Source: Eledone cirrhosa (lineage: Eukaryota). From it: DNA of 64,000 nucleotides. This document shows positions 39,070-52,740 of this stretch, one piece after another. The stretch is from the NCBI GenBank assembly GCA_964016885.1, contig OZ024746.1, positions 42,098,001-42,162,000 of the forward strand, given 5' to 3'. The stretch's first letter is position 1; each line of letters begins with the position of its first letter. The position numbers and the translations under genes were made by a program. Below the pieces are notes generated by a model. It searched no databases, was not told where the DNA came from, and was given only the letters and a program-made list of their open reading frames with translations.

Positions 39070-40149
39070 TTGTTTGTGTGTATCTCTTTCTATCTCCCTG
39101 TTTGTGCTTGTTTATGTCCTGCATAAAGGAAAATCCTGCAACTCTGCAATGAAAAATGCAAATGCCTGTAATTTTCTAAAACAAGTAATGGTTTGCATCA
39201 GGAAAAGCATCAAGTCATAAAAGTCTACCTCAAACGAACAAATGTAATTCATCCGCACCATGCTAGTATGAAAGAAAACTACAATGGTAAAGATGATGAT
39301 AATATTCATTTTAAAAATCTTTTATTGCAGCAACAGTCAAAAAGAGACCCTCTACTTGGTTGTTGTGCCTGCTAGATATAGCAGCCAAATTATTTCCTTT
39401 AAATAACATATAACCATCTCAATAAAAATGGAAACATAATAATGTAGTCGTATATACCCCTAAAAAAGATTTGATGGTCATGTTGGGATACCTTTGATTA
39501 GATACCTACTTGATCAGAATTGACCTGGAGCTAAATAACAGCAACAACAACAACCATTGAAACAAGACTCTGTGTCTCTGGTATTGAGTAATATTTAAGA
39601 TATTAAAAAATCTTAGAGGTCTTGTATTCAAAAGTCAACATTAATTGCTGAGGAAGGTTATTGGTAATTTTGGTTTCTATTCTTCTTTAATTCTTCCTTT
39701 TTCTAGTTAAATTAAGAAAAAGAAATCAAGCAATAAAAGACTAATGAAAGCATTTAACTTAATGTTATTACAGAAAATGAAGAACCACATAACCCAACCT
39801 TAAATGTAATTGCCAAATTGCTAACAATCACGAGCATTTATTATTTTTTTTCCTCTCCAATTTTCTTTCTTTCACATTTTCACTTATTTTCCCATCCACC
39901 TCTCTTTTTGCAGTAGTCTGATTGTTTCTGGAAGATGCTTTGCTTAGCATTTCCCCTTGTTAATATCATTCATGTCCCTACAGAACTTTTTATTTAATTT
40001 TTCCTCCTAGATATAGCCATTTGAACACATGTGAATTTCTATTTATGTAATAACACAAAGAAACAATATTTGTTTTTAAAATCCATTCTTTTTCATGAAA
40101 CAATCTTATTCAATTAAAAATCAATCCTAATTTTAGATAATTGACATTT

Positions 40150-41130
40150 GGGGAGAGCACTCTAGTGCTATCCCTTATTCTCTCCAATCAACAAGCTTTC
40201 CAATCTTTCTCACTTTACAGGGATCCCAATCTATGGAAACAGACAATAGTGTTCCATTCCCTAGAAAGCACTCTCTCTAACTATACCAATTATTGCTCTT
40301 AACCTTCTCTTCCAATATCTCAAAGGTAATGGCTTTAGTTATAAACAGTTACCTTTTTTGTTGCCTTGAGTCTCTTTCTCTTCTCAGTGTTCACTAGTAT
40401 AGTTTCCATGAAATAAATATACAAAAAAAACAAAAACATACCAGTAATTTCTTACATTTTAGAACCTTGATGAATGCATAGCTATTTCTATTGACATCAG
40501 CAATGTTAAGCTCATTTTAGTGGCTTAGCTAGAATGTGGGTTGCCTGGGGCAGCCTTTGAGTTTACCCTCCAACCAATGTCCCCCTCCATACTCAAATAT
40601 ATACAACAGACCCAAAAGTTTCACCACCATAAAGGTGTTGCCTGGGACAGACATCTATTCTGCCACTGCCTCCAATTAGCTATGTTACTGCCAAAACTAT
40701 CAAAGACTAGGTTCCTGCTTCAGCACCAGAAAATACTTCAGCTTTGATCAGTTGTTAACTCTCTACACAGCTCAAATATAACCCATATTTCATTACTGCT
40801 TACATATTTGAAATATTGCTGCTTCTACACTAATAAATATCATTGGCTACATTCAATAGACTCGCCAACACACTACAAATTCTGGCTTACACTTGCAGTG
40901 ATTTTTTCCCTCTACTTCTTCTACGTCTACTAAATTAGTATATGTTCTTTTGAACTAGGAAGCTGTATTCCATTTTCTACTTCAGTCAACCTAATACACC
41001 TTTCATCATTCCCACTGTATCTCACTTATAGTCGCTATACTAAGTCATTTCTCTATTATTTCTCCTCAAAATTACAACCATCTACAATTCCCTCATCCTT
41101 CCATGTTTTTCCTACAAGAGTGAAACATCA
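40150..41130 (+). pseudogene. Highly degenerate CR1/Jockey-like RT remnant
   Basis: Traces of WK...V.P.P, NY..IAL, SKVM and the pyrimidine-rich composition typical of such elements. Confidence 0.5.
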
Positions 41131-42231
41131 CCTACATTGATCTTACCAAACTGGGAATTCATATGATGGACAGTAGTGCTTCCCATCCTCATCTAACTAA
41201 TTATTAAAGAAAACATTTCAGAGAATTCTTAATGCAAGCCTTTTTATTCAGAAAATAGCTGTTGGGGAATTTTCTGGTCAAAAGTTACAGTGTTATACTA
41301 TGATAATTTCTAAACTTGTTTTATGCTTAACATAAAATTTGACATATCATATATCTAGCCAAATTCAGTTTCTGATTTCATATCTACAGTTGATATTTAT
41401 TATTACAGCTGCAGATTGTATGGTCTGTATTTGCAAACCACCAAGAATCTGACAGTCCAAATCCTATTTGAGTCAAAAGTAAATCTTATTGGAATAAATA
41501 AAGTAAATAACTTATGTTTTCTGGGCATGATAAGATTTCCTTATTCTGATGAGATCCAATATGTTATTAATCATTGATTTCTTTCTTGTGGCCAGTGAGG
41601 TGAGAGATGATATAAGATTAGGAAGAATTTGATTAAATCTTATGTAGAATTGCCTATAATAACGTTTGGATAACACACTGAATATTATAAATATTTTCGT
41701 AGTATAAAGTTATCTTGAAGAACAACTTGAGAACTACTATTCAAGAAGTAGTAAAATACTAAAAGTAGAAAGAAATCGTTTTATATTTCTTACTCAATTT
41801 CCAACCATAATATTGTTTTGGTTGTATTATCTCTATATATATCTGTGACCTCTAGATTTCAACTTGGAGAATGGAAAAATTAAATATTTTAAAGCATCTT
41901 ATGGCTTTAGAATTGATTTCTCATGTTGATTTCTATTCATATTCATATGTAGTTGTTCATCATTATATACAAGCACGTATGGCTTCCAAAAGAATATATG
42001 TGCCTATCAAAGTATATGTCATTTAAAACTCAAGATAAAATTAATACATTTTACTTTCATATATGTATAACAGATATTTGGTTGTGAATCACCAAATTGT
42101 TTGCACTGAAACTAACTGTACTGCACCAAGATTATTTTCTTAGAAAATTTTCTTAATAAATCAATGAATATTTTCTTTTATATGAGATCACTGAATATAT
42201 CAGTGAGTAATTTTACATACACAATATAAAT

Positions 42232-42307
42232 ATACATACATACATACATACATACATATGTATGTAAATATTTACACACATACATATATTTACACACATA
42301 CATATAT

Positions 42308-42380
<73 letters not shown>

Positions 42381-42392
42381 TACATACATACA
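42232..42392. repeat. (TACA)n/(CA)n microsatellite
   Basis: Direct read. Confidence 0.97.
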
Positions 42393-42629
42393 AACATGAT
42401 GGTGTAACTCAATTTCAAGTAATGTTAATTGATACTTAAGCATGAGCAGCACGGTTGTGACTTTTTAGTCCTGCTAGGGACATACACACACTTGCACAGA
42501 TGTTGCAACGATAGGAGCCTCTTGCAGTAGGTGTTATGGTGCTATTTTGGTGCATTTTCAAATGACATTTCAATCCACCAGTGCAACACACTTATCCACA
42601 CTCCTTGCCAGGAAAATTTGTCTCCACAG

Positions 42630-43260
42630 AAATGTTATCAAGAGATTATACATGTCACTAAACCAAGAAGATGGAAATCTTGTCACTCTGGATGGCAAAA
42701 TAATAAATCAAGTTGATGATTTATATTTGGACAGCTAGATGAATTCATTAGAAAAGGACAGTGACATTAGAATTTCCAAAGACTGTGCTGCGATAAACAA
42801 AATGGAAAGTATATGGAAGTCAAATCTACCTAGAAAAATCAAAATATCATTCTTCAGAACATCTGCTGAGTTAGTTTTGTTGTATAGATCAGGTACATGG
42901 ACCCTGACATTATCACTTGAGAAGAAACAAGATGGTACATACACTAAAATGGTTAGGGTTGTACAAAACATAAACTGGTGTGAATATTTTACAAATGAAA
43001 GTTTATATGGAAACTTTTCCAAGATAACCAATACAATTACTCAGAGATGGTTATGATTTAAAGGACATCGCTGAAGAAGTAAGTAGGAAGTTATACACAA
43101 GCTACTATTGTAGGAACCAACTCATGGAAGATGCAGTAGAAGGAAACCTGTTCGAACATTCATCGATCAACTCTCAGACAATACAAGCCTCAGTAGGGAG
43201 CAGTTGCTAGGAGCAATGGAAAATTGTGAGTTGTAAAGAGACATTGTCAGGAATTCTTTA
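42630..43260 (+). pseudogene. RTE-X-like LINE 3' fragment
   Basis: IWKSNL....K..FF...E.VLLY...WTLT....K..DG.YT.M.R, TN..LYG, EPTHG...R......FIDQL. Confidence 0.88.
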
Positions 43261-43799
43261 TTGTGGTCACAATTATGTCTGTATGTTTGTATATATATAT
43301 ATATATATATATAAATTACATTTCCTGGATTGTGAAAATGGTGTATACGAAAACCATAACATTGTTTTGCTTCTCATTTCTAATATCTTTAATATTTTTA
43401 ATATTTCTCTACACACAAGCGTCTATATCATACATATAAAAAATACTTTACCAATACAACCCCCATAATACTCTTGATTGCCCGCTTAAAGTGCTTGTAT
43501 TACATATAACACCGTGTCGCACTATAATCTTATATAAACTAGACACACGTGCATGCCCCATGTGTAACTATTGCATACACTAACTACTTCAAACTATCCT
43601 CTTGCTTTATCTTCGTAAACTGCCAATGTTGTATTTTAACTTTAATTTTGTTCTTTGATATGACTTTAATCTTTGAATGTAAATTGCCATGCTAAATATG
43701 ATAATGGATGTCAACTCACTGTGCATCAATATATACATATGTTTCTGTATGTCTCTTGTGTTGAAAAGGAAGTCATGTATGTAAATAATCATTGAAAAA

Positions 43800-43848
43800 T
43801 TGCTCTGAAGACTTCAAACCTCGGTTTGGAAGAAACAATTGTAAGCGA
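43800..43848 (+). ncRNA. Type I hammerhead ribozyme in a PLE-terminus-like non-coding insert (about 43314-44050)
   Basis: UUGCU-CUGAAGA-CUUCAAACCUCGGUUUGGAA-GAAAC-AAUU-GUA-AGCGA, with AATAAA at 43848-43853. Confidence 0.8.
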
Positions 43849-44047
43849 ATAAATGGTTTAAACAGAACTTTGATTCATGTAATTTCTATATAACTGCTCT
43901 GTAGAACAACTGATGTTATTACATTGAGCTATTTATCTTACTGGAAATAAGGTAGTAATATATTACTGTCTTTCACTATTTAGGGTTTAAAATATATATA
44001 ACTATAAAAGGTTTTAGTATATAAATAACCATAAATAGTATCCTTAA

Positions 44048-44099
<52 letters not shown>

Positions 44100-44882
44100 T
44101 TACAGAAAGCATTGAAAGCTGGAAATACTTAACAGAGAGCTAATTTAATTCATTTTCTGTTTAAATATGGTTGTTAACAGGAAAGTTATATTGCCATAGA
44201 AACCATTTTATTAAATTTAGCAGTATTTTAGATTCCTTAGTTTGCTATTGAAAAGGATTTCAGTCTTACATCTTTATTTCTTTTGAGTTCTAAACTGATA
44301 TGCTTGGATAGACTTGCTCGTTTATTAATATTGTCTTATTAAAAATGTGTGCGAGAGGGGGAGGGGGAGTATGCATGTATCCTGGATATACTATACCTTA
44401 CTAAAATTACTGGATTATCATCACAGCTTGAACACTTCTGGTTTGTTTGATAAGGGCTTAGCTGAAACTAACAAACAAATACAACTGTTGCATTTTAGAC
44501 TATAAATAAATGACACCTTCCAAGATTGGAATAAATTGTATGACAGTGAAGCTTGGCAGTTTGTTGTATCACTTGGAAAAGCTTTACTAAACTAATAATG
44601 GAGGTAACAATTTAATTTTGCAATTGAGTGATTAGAAGTAAGAAAGGTATCTAATAATTCAACCATTGCTGCCAATTTTTCTTGGAAAGAAGGAAAATGT
44701 AATATAAATAATTCAGTAAATAGACTTTGAAAAGGTTTTATAAATCCTTTGTAGTAAGTAAATATATGGATTCTGTATTTTAAAAAAAATTAGAAATATA
44801 GGTTTTAAAATTGTTTAAACATATCTGCAATGGATACCACAAACGTTTCCAAAAATAGCACTTTTTTTTATTATTTGCTTAA

Positions 44883-45101
44883 CCTTTTATCATTTACATT
44901 ACTCTATATATACAATTGTATTTTCATTGTAAATGCTTAATCTCACATAATTATCTCACATAATATGGAATCTACGAGATTTTGATGACGTTATAATTTA
45001 TTTTGAGAACAATGTCAGTATTATTGGCTGGTTATGGCTGGTTTGAACAGAAAGAGGTGGGAGAATTCTGGCCAGATGCAGCCAGTTTAAATGCTAATGG
45101 G
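44883..45101 (-). mobile_element. TTAA-targeting MITE
   Basis: TTAA flanks; reverse complement matches 21924-22172. Confidence 0.82.
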
Positions 45102-45199
45102 TTAAGGGATAGAAGAAATGAAGATGATTAGGATTAAATCAATTTCTCAAAATTGATAGCCATGTGAGGCCATAGGTACACAATGAGATGCAACATTTC

Positions 45200-47700
45200 C
45201 CTTAATTTTTTCCAGTAATCAGCCAACCTCATGTTTTCCTCATATCTTACTCCTTATATATTCCTTAATGTTTCTCAACCACTTGCTTTGTGGTCTTCTT
45301 CTACATCTTTTACTGGGAATCTGTCCATGCATAACCATCTTCACTGAAGATAGGGTGCCATGATATCGTGTTATATAACCAAACCAACTCATTTCTACCT
45401 TTTAACAATTGTTGCTTCCCAACAATTTCTTTCCTAATAATCTTATTAACTATATATTATTTATATTGAATGCAAAGCTTCTTTCTAAAACATTTCATTT
45501 TCAAAGGGCATGATTTCTTTAATTTCAGCAGCATCGATTATTTGCACCCATAGAGAAATCACTATTGCTCATAAAACATGAAGTTTTGTTGCATTATTGC
45601 ATTGCAAAAGTCTAATTTTACTAAAGTCATTGAAACTGCTGCAACCCAGCATTTTACTTCTATCTTTGATCTCACATCTTCTGTTATTGTTCTTCCCAAA
45701 TATTTGAATCCATCAACATAATTGGGTGTCTTCCCTGCTATTTAAATTGGATTGACTATTTTCTCTTTGCTTCTAATAGCTATCATTTTTGGGGGGGATT
45801 TTCTTCAGAAATTGTTTGCAGTTTTATCATGATGGGTTGTTAGATCTTCTTCTTCTTCTTCTTCTTCTTCTTCTTCTTCTTCTTCTTCTTCTTCTTCTTC
45901 TTCTTCTTCTTCTTCTTCTTCTCACTTATTCCTGGGAGAGTCATGGAAGCAGAATCCTCAAACACTCCTTCCATTGGGTCCTGTAGAATCAATGTTCTCC
46001 AATGATCCAGTTGGATTTCCAAGCGAAACCAGCTGACCTCATGGATGTTATCCAAACATCTTGCTTGGTGTTTACTCCTGGGCCTCCTGTTGGTTGGTTT
46101 TTCCCATAAAATCTGACCAGTGATTCTTTCCAGAGACATTCTAACCTCATGCCCATAGTATCAGGGCTGTGATCTCTCAAGTCAGAGAAGTAGTGGCTCT
46201 ACATGAAATGACACTCTATGCTGCAAAAACTGAAACACTCATCTTCTCAAGGAAGCCTACATAGTGCACTTATGTGAGTGAAGTTCCACTGAAGCAGGTA
46301 GAGAAGTTCAAGTATCTCAGAGCCATGTTCACGGGTGATAGAATGGAGAAAGCTGAGTTACATTCCAGAGTTGCAGGAGCTGGTGGAGAAATGTACTAGT
46401 TTTACCATTCAATCATCAAATGAAGGGAGGTAGGTGTAAAATCCAAACTCACTATCTTCAATTCAGTAATCATGCCAATTATTCATTATATCTCATTAAA
46501 CCAATATAGACAGCAACAGAGATTACAGACTTTTCTGCCTCCTCATTTAACATGTTGAAAGATTTAAGATGTTCCATCCCTGACTATTCTAGAAACACAT
46601 CCAAAGGCTTATGGAAAGATCATACACTTGTCTGACACCCATTGCTGTTCTAAATGAATTATGTGATGAATTTCCAACCCAAAGGGCTGGATTAACCATT
46701 AAGCAACTAACTATATACTTAGAGTATTAGGGTAAGTGGGGCACCATTTTATTCAGATTGGATTTAGTTTCATCTACCACAAAATAAACTTTGCAGTCTT
46801 TATATGGTGTTGGAGGTATCATAATCTTTTAAGTGTTTAGGGGTTCAAACGAACTTGATCCTACACTGATTTTATAACATTTACTGTTGGTAGACTGATG
46901 TTATATTTTTTTCATAATAAGCCACAGAGCCTCATCACTCACACAGTCAAAAGTTTTTTTTGTTTCTAAATTTAGTGAAGTTCTGGTAAAGATCTGATTA
47001 GTGTTCTTAGTATATTTCTGCTAAAATTACAAAACTGAATAACAGTGATTCTCCCTTAAAAAACCCACTCTATGTTACAATGACTATTATGTCTATTATT
47101 AGTTTCATCTGAACAAGTGAAACATAGAAAAACCTTTTTTGGATGGATAATTAAAATAATTGTAATAGGTGTTTTCATAATTGTTGGTATTTCCCTTCTT
47201 TAGCAATAGTATAACAATTGATTTTGTCCATTTACTAGGCCATTCTTTAGCACATAAAAATCTATTACAAATTTTATAAAGAAATATTCACCATACTTCT
47301 GGTTTTAACTGCTCTAAATTTATGTTATCTGTTCCAGGTCATATATTCTCTTTTGGTTTCTTAATTGCTGGCATAATATCTTCAGAAATGATCTGGCTCT
47401 CGTTGAGTATTAAAAGGAATTTTCTTTTTTAATTATTACTATCTATCGTTCTCTTGTGGCTGTAAAGCTCCTCACAGTATTCTCTCCATCCAGCAGTTAC
47501 ATCATTTGCTTTGATCAGTAGGTTGTTATACTTATCCTCAATGATTTAACATTTAGACACCCATGAGACATGCTTTTCTTTGGTTATTTGTTCTGTATCT
47601 TCACATCTTTATTAATATGTAGCTTTGTAGCTTTTACTGCCCAATTTCCTTTTTTATTTCTCTATTGGCTAAACTATATTACACTCGTTTTCGTATTTTG
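45200..47700 (-). mobile_element. Old degenerate RTE (BovB-like) LINE carrying nested insertions
   Basis: WREYCEELY (~47480), AIK..K....PG.D.I..E.LK (~47340), GVRQ (~46630). Confidence 0.7.
45845..46480 (-). mobile_element. RTE insertion with (GAA)n tail and inverted 5' segment
   Basis: (CTT)n at 45845-45921; minus-strand 3' end to ~46215; plus-strand upstream RT segment ~46216-46480 homologous to 7950-8160. Confidence 0.75.
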
Positions 47701-49895
47701 TTGTTTATATTGTTTCTGACTCAGGTCTCTTCTGATTGAATCATCTTTATTTACCCAAGGATTCATAACTTATTGTTGTTGTTATTATATTGTTAATTAA
47801 TGACACAGTATATTAATTTTAATAACTTTAGTGTTAATTTATGGCAAAAGTATTTATTTTTGGAATATTAAAGTTGACCGGAAAAGAGTTAAAACTTTTG
47901 ATCAGTAATCAAAAGTTGGGACATCTTATTTCTTTTTACATGTTTGACTCTTCGAAATAGTTAAGAGAATCAATTTCTGACAATTATTGTAAAGCCAAAG
48001 ATTAGCTAGTGAACAAAGATACAAAATCACCAGATACATCTTTAGATGGTTACATCATTAAACTGCAGATCAAGTAGAGATTAAATAGATGTTAATGGTA
48101 GTCGCAAACCAGTCATGCATGATTGAAATGATTTCTTTGTTCTTATATTGGGATTCTTATGCATTTACTTGGTAAAATTATATTCCATTTATTCCAATGA
48201 GAAAGTCAATTGCTGTATCATGGTGGGTTTATAGAATTAATCTCTCTTTTCTTATTCTCAGTCAAAAGACATAAGAAATTGCAAATCTCACTTTTGGTAA
48301 GTTCTGTTTATCAGTCCATACTTAATACTATTTTTTCCATGCAGATTATTACAAGGATTATATGATTAGAGATCAGATCAGATCTTCATTTTATGTAAAA
48401 CTTTATGTTAGAAATGTAAAAGACTATTTTATGGTGCATTAGAATGTTAATATAGTTCATATGGCAAGGTGTCAGATTCTAGTGCAGGGAAGGAATATAA
48501 AATTAATCCTCATCAGCAGCTTATTTTATGTCTCTTAACTGTCTGATGTTTCAATTTCATTATCATCATCAATTTCTCTCTGAACTCATTTCTTCTTTAT
48601 TTCCAGCTGTGTTATTTGTTTCAACATAGTTGTCATCCTTCATTTATGCTATTCTAATTTTTTAAACTACTTTCAATCGCCTTCACTAATTCATTATGTG
48701 TCTGTCTATCTTTTGAACAGTTCTATTTCCTAATTATATTTAATCAAAGCTATTAATATTCAGATGATCATGGAATCTAGTTCACTTCACCTTGTCATAC
48801 AGATTCAGATTTCAAAATTCACTGTGATCTCTTTGTTTCTAAGATTAAAAATTCTAAAGTTCATTGAGTATGATACTGATTAATTTGAAACTGAAGTTTC
48901 AAATTCATAATGTTTACACTGATGTGAATAGTTCAGGCTGTTAATTCTGTAAAAACGTACTTCTTCAGCCATTGTGTCATGAGTATTCTCAAATAACATA
49001 GTCTTTCATCCTATCACGTTTACAATATACCAGAAGCATAGTAGGATTTCTGAAATAGGGAGAGAGATAAAACATTTAACAGTAACTTTGAACATCATTT
49101 TGTAAATTAATAAATCCAGTGATAATTGGGTTGAATTTGCATCAACACAGTAATTATCTAAAGGTGAAAAATAAGCAAAAACAAAGCAAAAATAGAAAAG
49201 GCAACAAACAAGAGTACAAACTTAATGTAATTACACCAATGAGGAAAAGAATAATAATTTATGGTTCAAGGAGTAGTCCTCCATCAAGACAAAAGGAAGG
49301 AAAAGAGAAAGAATAAAATTGTCCAGAAGGGAAAATACATGATTTTGAGTCCAAGATGCAACAGGCTTCAATGACAAACAGGAAGTACATAGACTAAAAA
49401 AATTGTTTGAGCATAGGAGAGAAAGCATAAAGCAAAACAAATAAGCATGATAGACATATGATGAATAGGGAAATAAAGTGCACTAAATTTAGATATGTTT
49501 GTGAGTGAGCGCACGTAGAAAGTGTAAGGTGTGTGAATGTGTATTTATGTAATAGTGGAGGGTGGGATTATGTGGCATGATATTCATGGTATGATCAAGA
49601 TATCATAATGTGTATATGTATGTGAGTAGGCAGAGAAGCCAGGTTATGTGGAGTGCATGTGTATGTATGCAATCAACATGAGTTTTATGTATATTTTCCA
49701 AACTTGCAGGGGCTGGATGAAAGTCAGAGTTTATTCTAGTTTTGTGTAGCGTTAAGTGACTGAAATTACAAGGCATTATCACTCTTTTTCATTTGTGTGG
49801 AGCAGTGTAAATTATATGCCTTACTCAAGGACACAATACATTGCCCAGTCCAAGAATGATGAGTGAAATAAGTTCTAACTGTTTAGACATCTTAA

Positions 49896-50090
49896 CCCCT
49901 TAGCATTTAAACCAGCTGTATCTTGCCAGAATTCTCTCATCTCCTTCTGTTCAAACCAGCCATAACTGGCCACTCGTACTGATGTTAAGGTATTGTTCAC
50001 AAAATAAATATCATCAAAATCTCATAAATTCTGTGAGATACTTATGTAAGATTATGTGAGATACTTATGTAAGATAAGGCCTTTATAATC
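49896..50090 (+). mobile_element. TTAA MITE, right end missing, with an internal ~21-bp tandem duplication
   Basis: TTAA-CCCCTTAGCATTTAAACC; TGTGAGATACTTATGTAAGAT occurs twice. Confidence 0.8.
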
Positions 50091-51137
50091 TGACTGTTAT
50101 GCAACATTTTTGAGTAGTATATTATAGTTATTATCCCTTTTAATACCAATCAATCTGAGAATGGCTCTGGTTCATATTACTAACAAGAACAAAACTGAAT
50201 ATTTTAATCTGGCTGTATTTAAATTGATCTATGTTAACAAAATGTTAATATGTACAAAACTTCTGTTAAGTTGGTAATATTCCAAATACTAGTTTAATAT
50301 AGTAAACATGAAAAAAGTTATTTTATGAAACCCCCTCTAGAATTTCTGATTATTTTGAAAGGGAATTGAAACTCAGAGACAGTGTATTCTTGTAAGAAGC
50401 ATAGTTAAACCAAACAACAGTACTATATGCTATGATCTAGGAATTTTTTTAGAAACGAAAGTATAGTTATTTATATCTAGTAAATCTTATATTATTTTGC
50501 TTGAACACTGAAACTTTTGTTTATAAGTTGTCCACTAGAAAGATGGAAGAATGGAAGCCATACAAATTATTTCAAACAATTAAATTGTATTTTTATTTAT
50601 ATATTTTTATTTTTATTTTCAATATTGAGATTAAAGTAATGTCAAATCCATTTAGTTACCAATTCCATCAGCTAAAAAATTAAACTAAAAGTAAAATAAT
50701 AATAATAATGAAATAAAATAAATACAAAAAAGTTAAATAGACATAGAATCTTTATATCATTTGACTAGCAACTCAAGAGAAAACATAATTTGTATATAAT
50801 GAATGAAATTTTAAGAGTACATTATAAAGATGTTTGTTTTTTTGTAGGCTTTTGAAAATGTTTATAAGAGAACATAAATATAAGTGGGAAAGTGTTTGAC
50901 AATGTATTAAGAAAATAATTGAAAACAACCTAACCTCTCAGAATGAACAATAAATATGATAAAGAGATACTTTTGTGCCCAGTTGTAGTCTGCAGAATAT
51001 ATTATGTGGTCTTGTTTTATGTAACATACAAATTAGATGCTTATTACATTGACATGGATCAAATTAATTGTTAATTTCATATATCAGGAGATAATCATTT
51101 CTCTATTTAATAACAATAATAATAATTTCGTATTTTG

Positions 51138-51352
51138 ATAATGGTTTCTGATTTAGGTACAAGGCCAACACTTTTGGGGGAGGGAAAAGTCAACTAAATT
51201 GACCCCAGTGCTAAACTGGTGCTTTATTTTATGTTATGGATGAAAAGCAAAGTTACCCTCAGCAGGATTTGAACTCAGAACATAAAGGGCGATAACTCTA
51301 GGCTACAAAGCATGTTGTCTGACGCTCTACCGCTACTGCCAATCCACCACCC
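51138..51352 (-). mobile_element. SINE family B (long variant)
   Basis: Family B pattern with the extra GGGGGAGGGAAAAGTC segment. Confidence 0.85.
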
Positions 51353-51369
51353 ACATTAATTTAATAATA

Positions 51370-52740
51370 ATAATGATAATTTCTTTATTATTGCCAGAAG
51401 GGTAACAGATAAGAAAATAATACAGGTTATAAAATTGTCATGGGGTTTACAAAGAAATTGAATGAATGAAAAAATGCAATGATTATACCAATAGACAGGC
51501 CTCTTTACTTGGTCCAGGCTTGCTACTCTCACCCACTTTCATTAAATTTACTAGAAATCATCACCTCTCCACCCTTAGCTTTCTTGAAGTGGAACATGAA
51601 AAGGTTGATGAAATTTGGGTCAAACTGTGTTGAACGCACAACCTCATTCCCCATAACCACCAGACTAGGTCAGTCATCATCACGTTGAGCTTAGCTGATA
51701 TACCAATTTGTCCAACACACGAGAACTATACAAGTTAGCAATGAATGAATGCAGAAAAGTGTTGTCAGTTTACATGCATCTTGGACAGGGCCAGCTTATG
51801 GCACTTTCATAACTTTAGAGTCTATCTTGAAACAGCATTGCTTCCCTGGCAAAACTGCCAGGACAAGGGTTTCTACAAGTTATCCACAGTCTCTGGAGTG
51901 GAGGTCATACAGAAAGGATCAATCAGTTGATTCTTGCTACCTTTTAAAGTTTCCCTGCGAACATCATGACTCTTCTCTGTCTCATTTCCTGACTGGTAGA
52001 GGGCTCTGAGTATTGGACACCATTCTAGATGCTAAGCACCTAGTCTTCGTCTTTGATTGACCCAGAACAACAACTCTATCAAAGAGATGAGTTGTGGGAA
52101 AACATACATATTAAAAGGTATCTGCAGATGCCATAACCTCAGCACATGTCTGTACATTGTCAGCTACTGTAACTGCAGTACTCCAAACACTTTGGCAACA
52201 GATAGACCACATGATTAATGGAATACATTTCTTACACAAAACACTAAAATGCAGACTGCCTAATCTCATTAGGTGAAACCTTTGGCAAGGCATGATGGTC
52301 AGGAAGTAATATACATTTATCTATGCTGAATGCCAGGTTACCCAGCAATAATATATTACATTTCTGGGTGAGACTTGTCATTCTACTTGTCATTCTACTT
52401 GTAATCCCTATCCACATTGAAAATTAAACCACTCCAAGCAACTTAATCAGCCTGTCAGTCCAGCATTCCATGTCACTAGCTAGTGAACTGGACTTTCCTC
52501 TGCAGGTGCTAAGCTGGAAGCTCACCAACTTGTCTGGGTTAATTTTTGCTCATGTCATTACCCTTTATTTATTGACAAGTATGCTGATCATCTTCACCTT
52601 GTTGATGAACAAGCCTGGCATGTATATGTAAAGCTCATAGACTGATTCTGAATGGCAAATTGCCACAATATTTCTATATCACTGGTTTTTAAATTATCAA
52701 CTAAGAAGAATGAAATTCAAACCCCGGGGAGCCATTAGGC
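51370..52740 (-). pseudogene. Degenerate L1/Tx1-like LINE 3' region
   Basis: Remnant DN....L.WQ...A..V...L......IS..CPRC (zf-RVT-like) near 51770-51890; AATAAA and AAT tail at ~51385. Confidence 0.55.
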
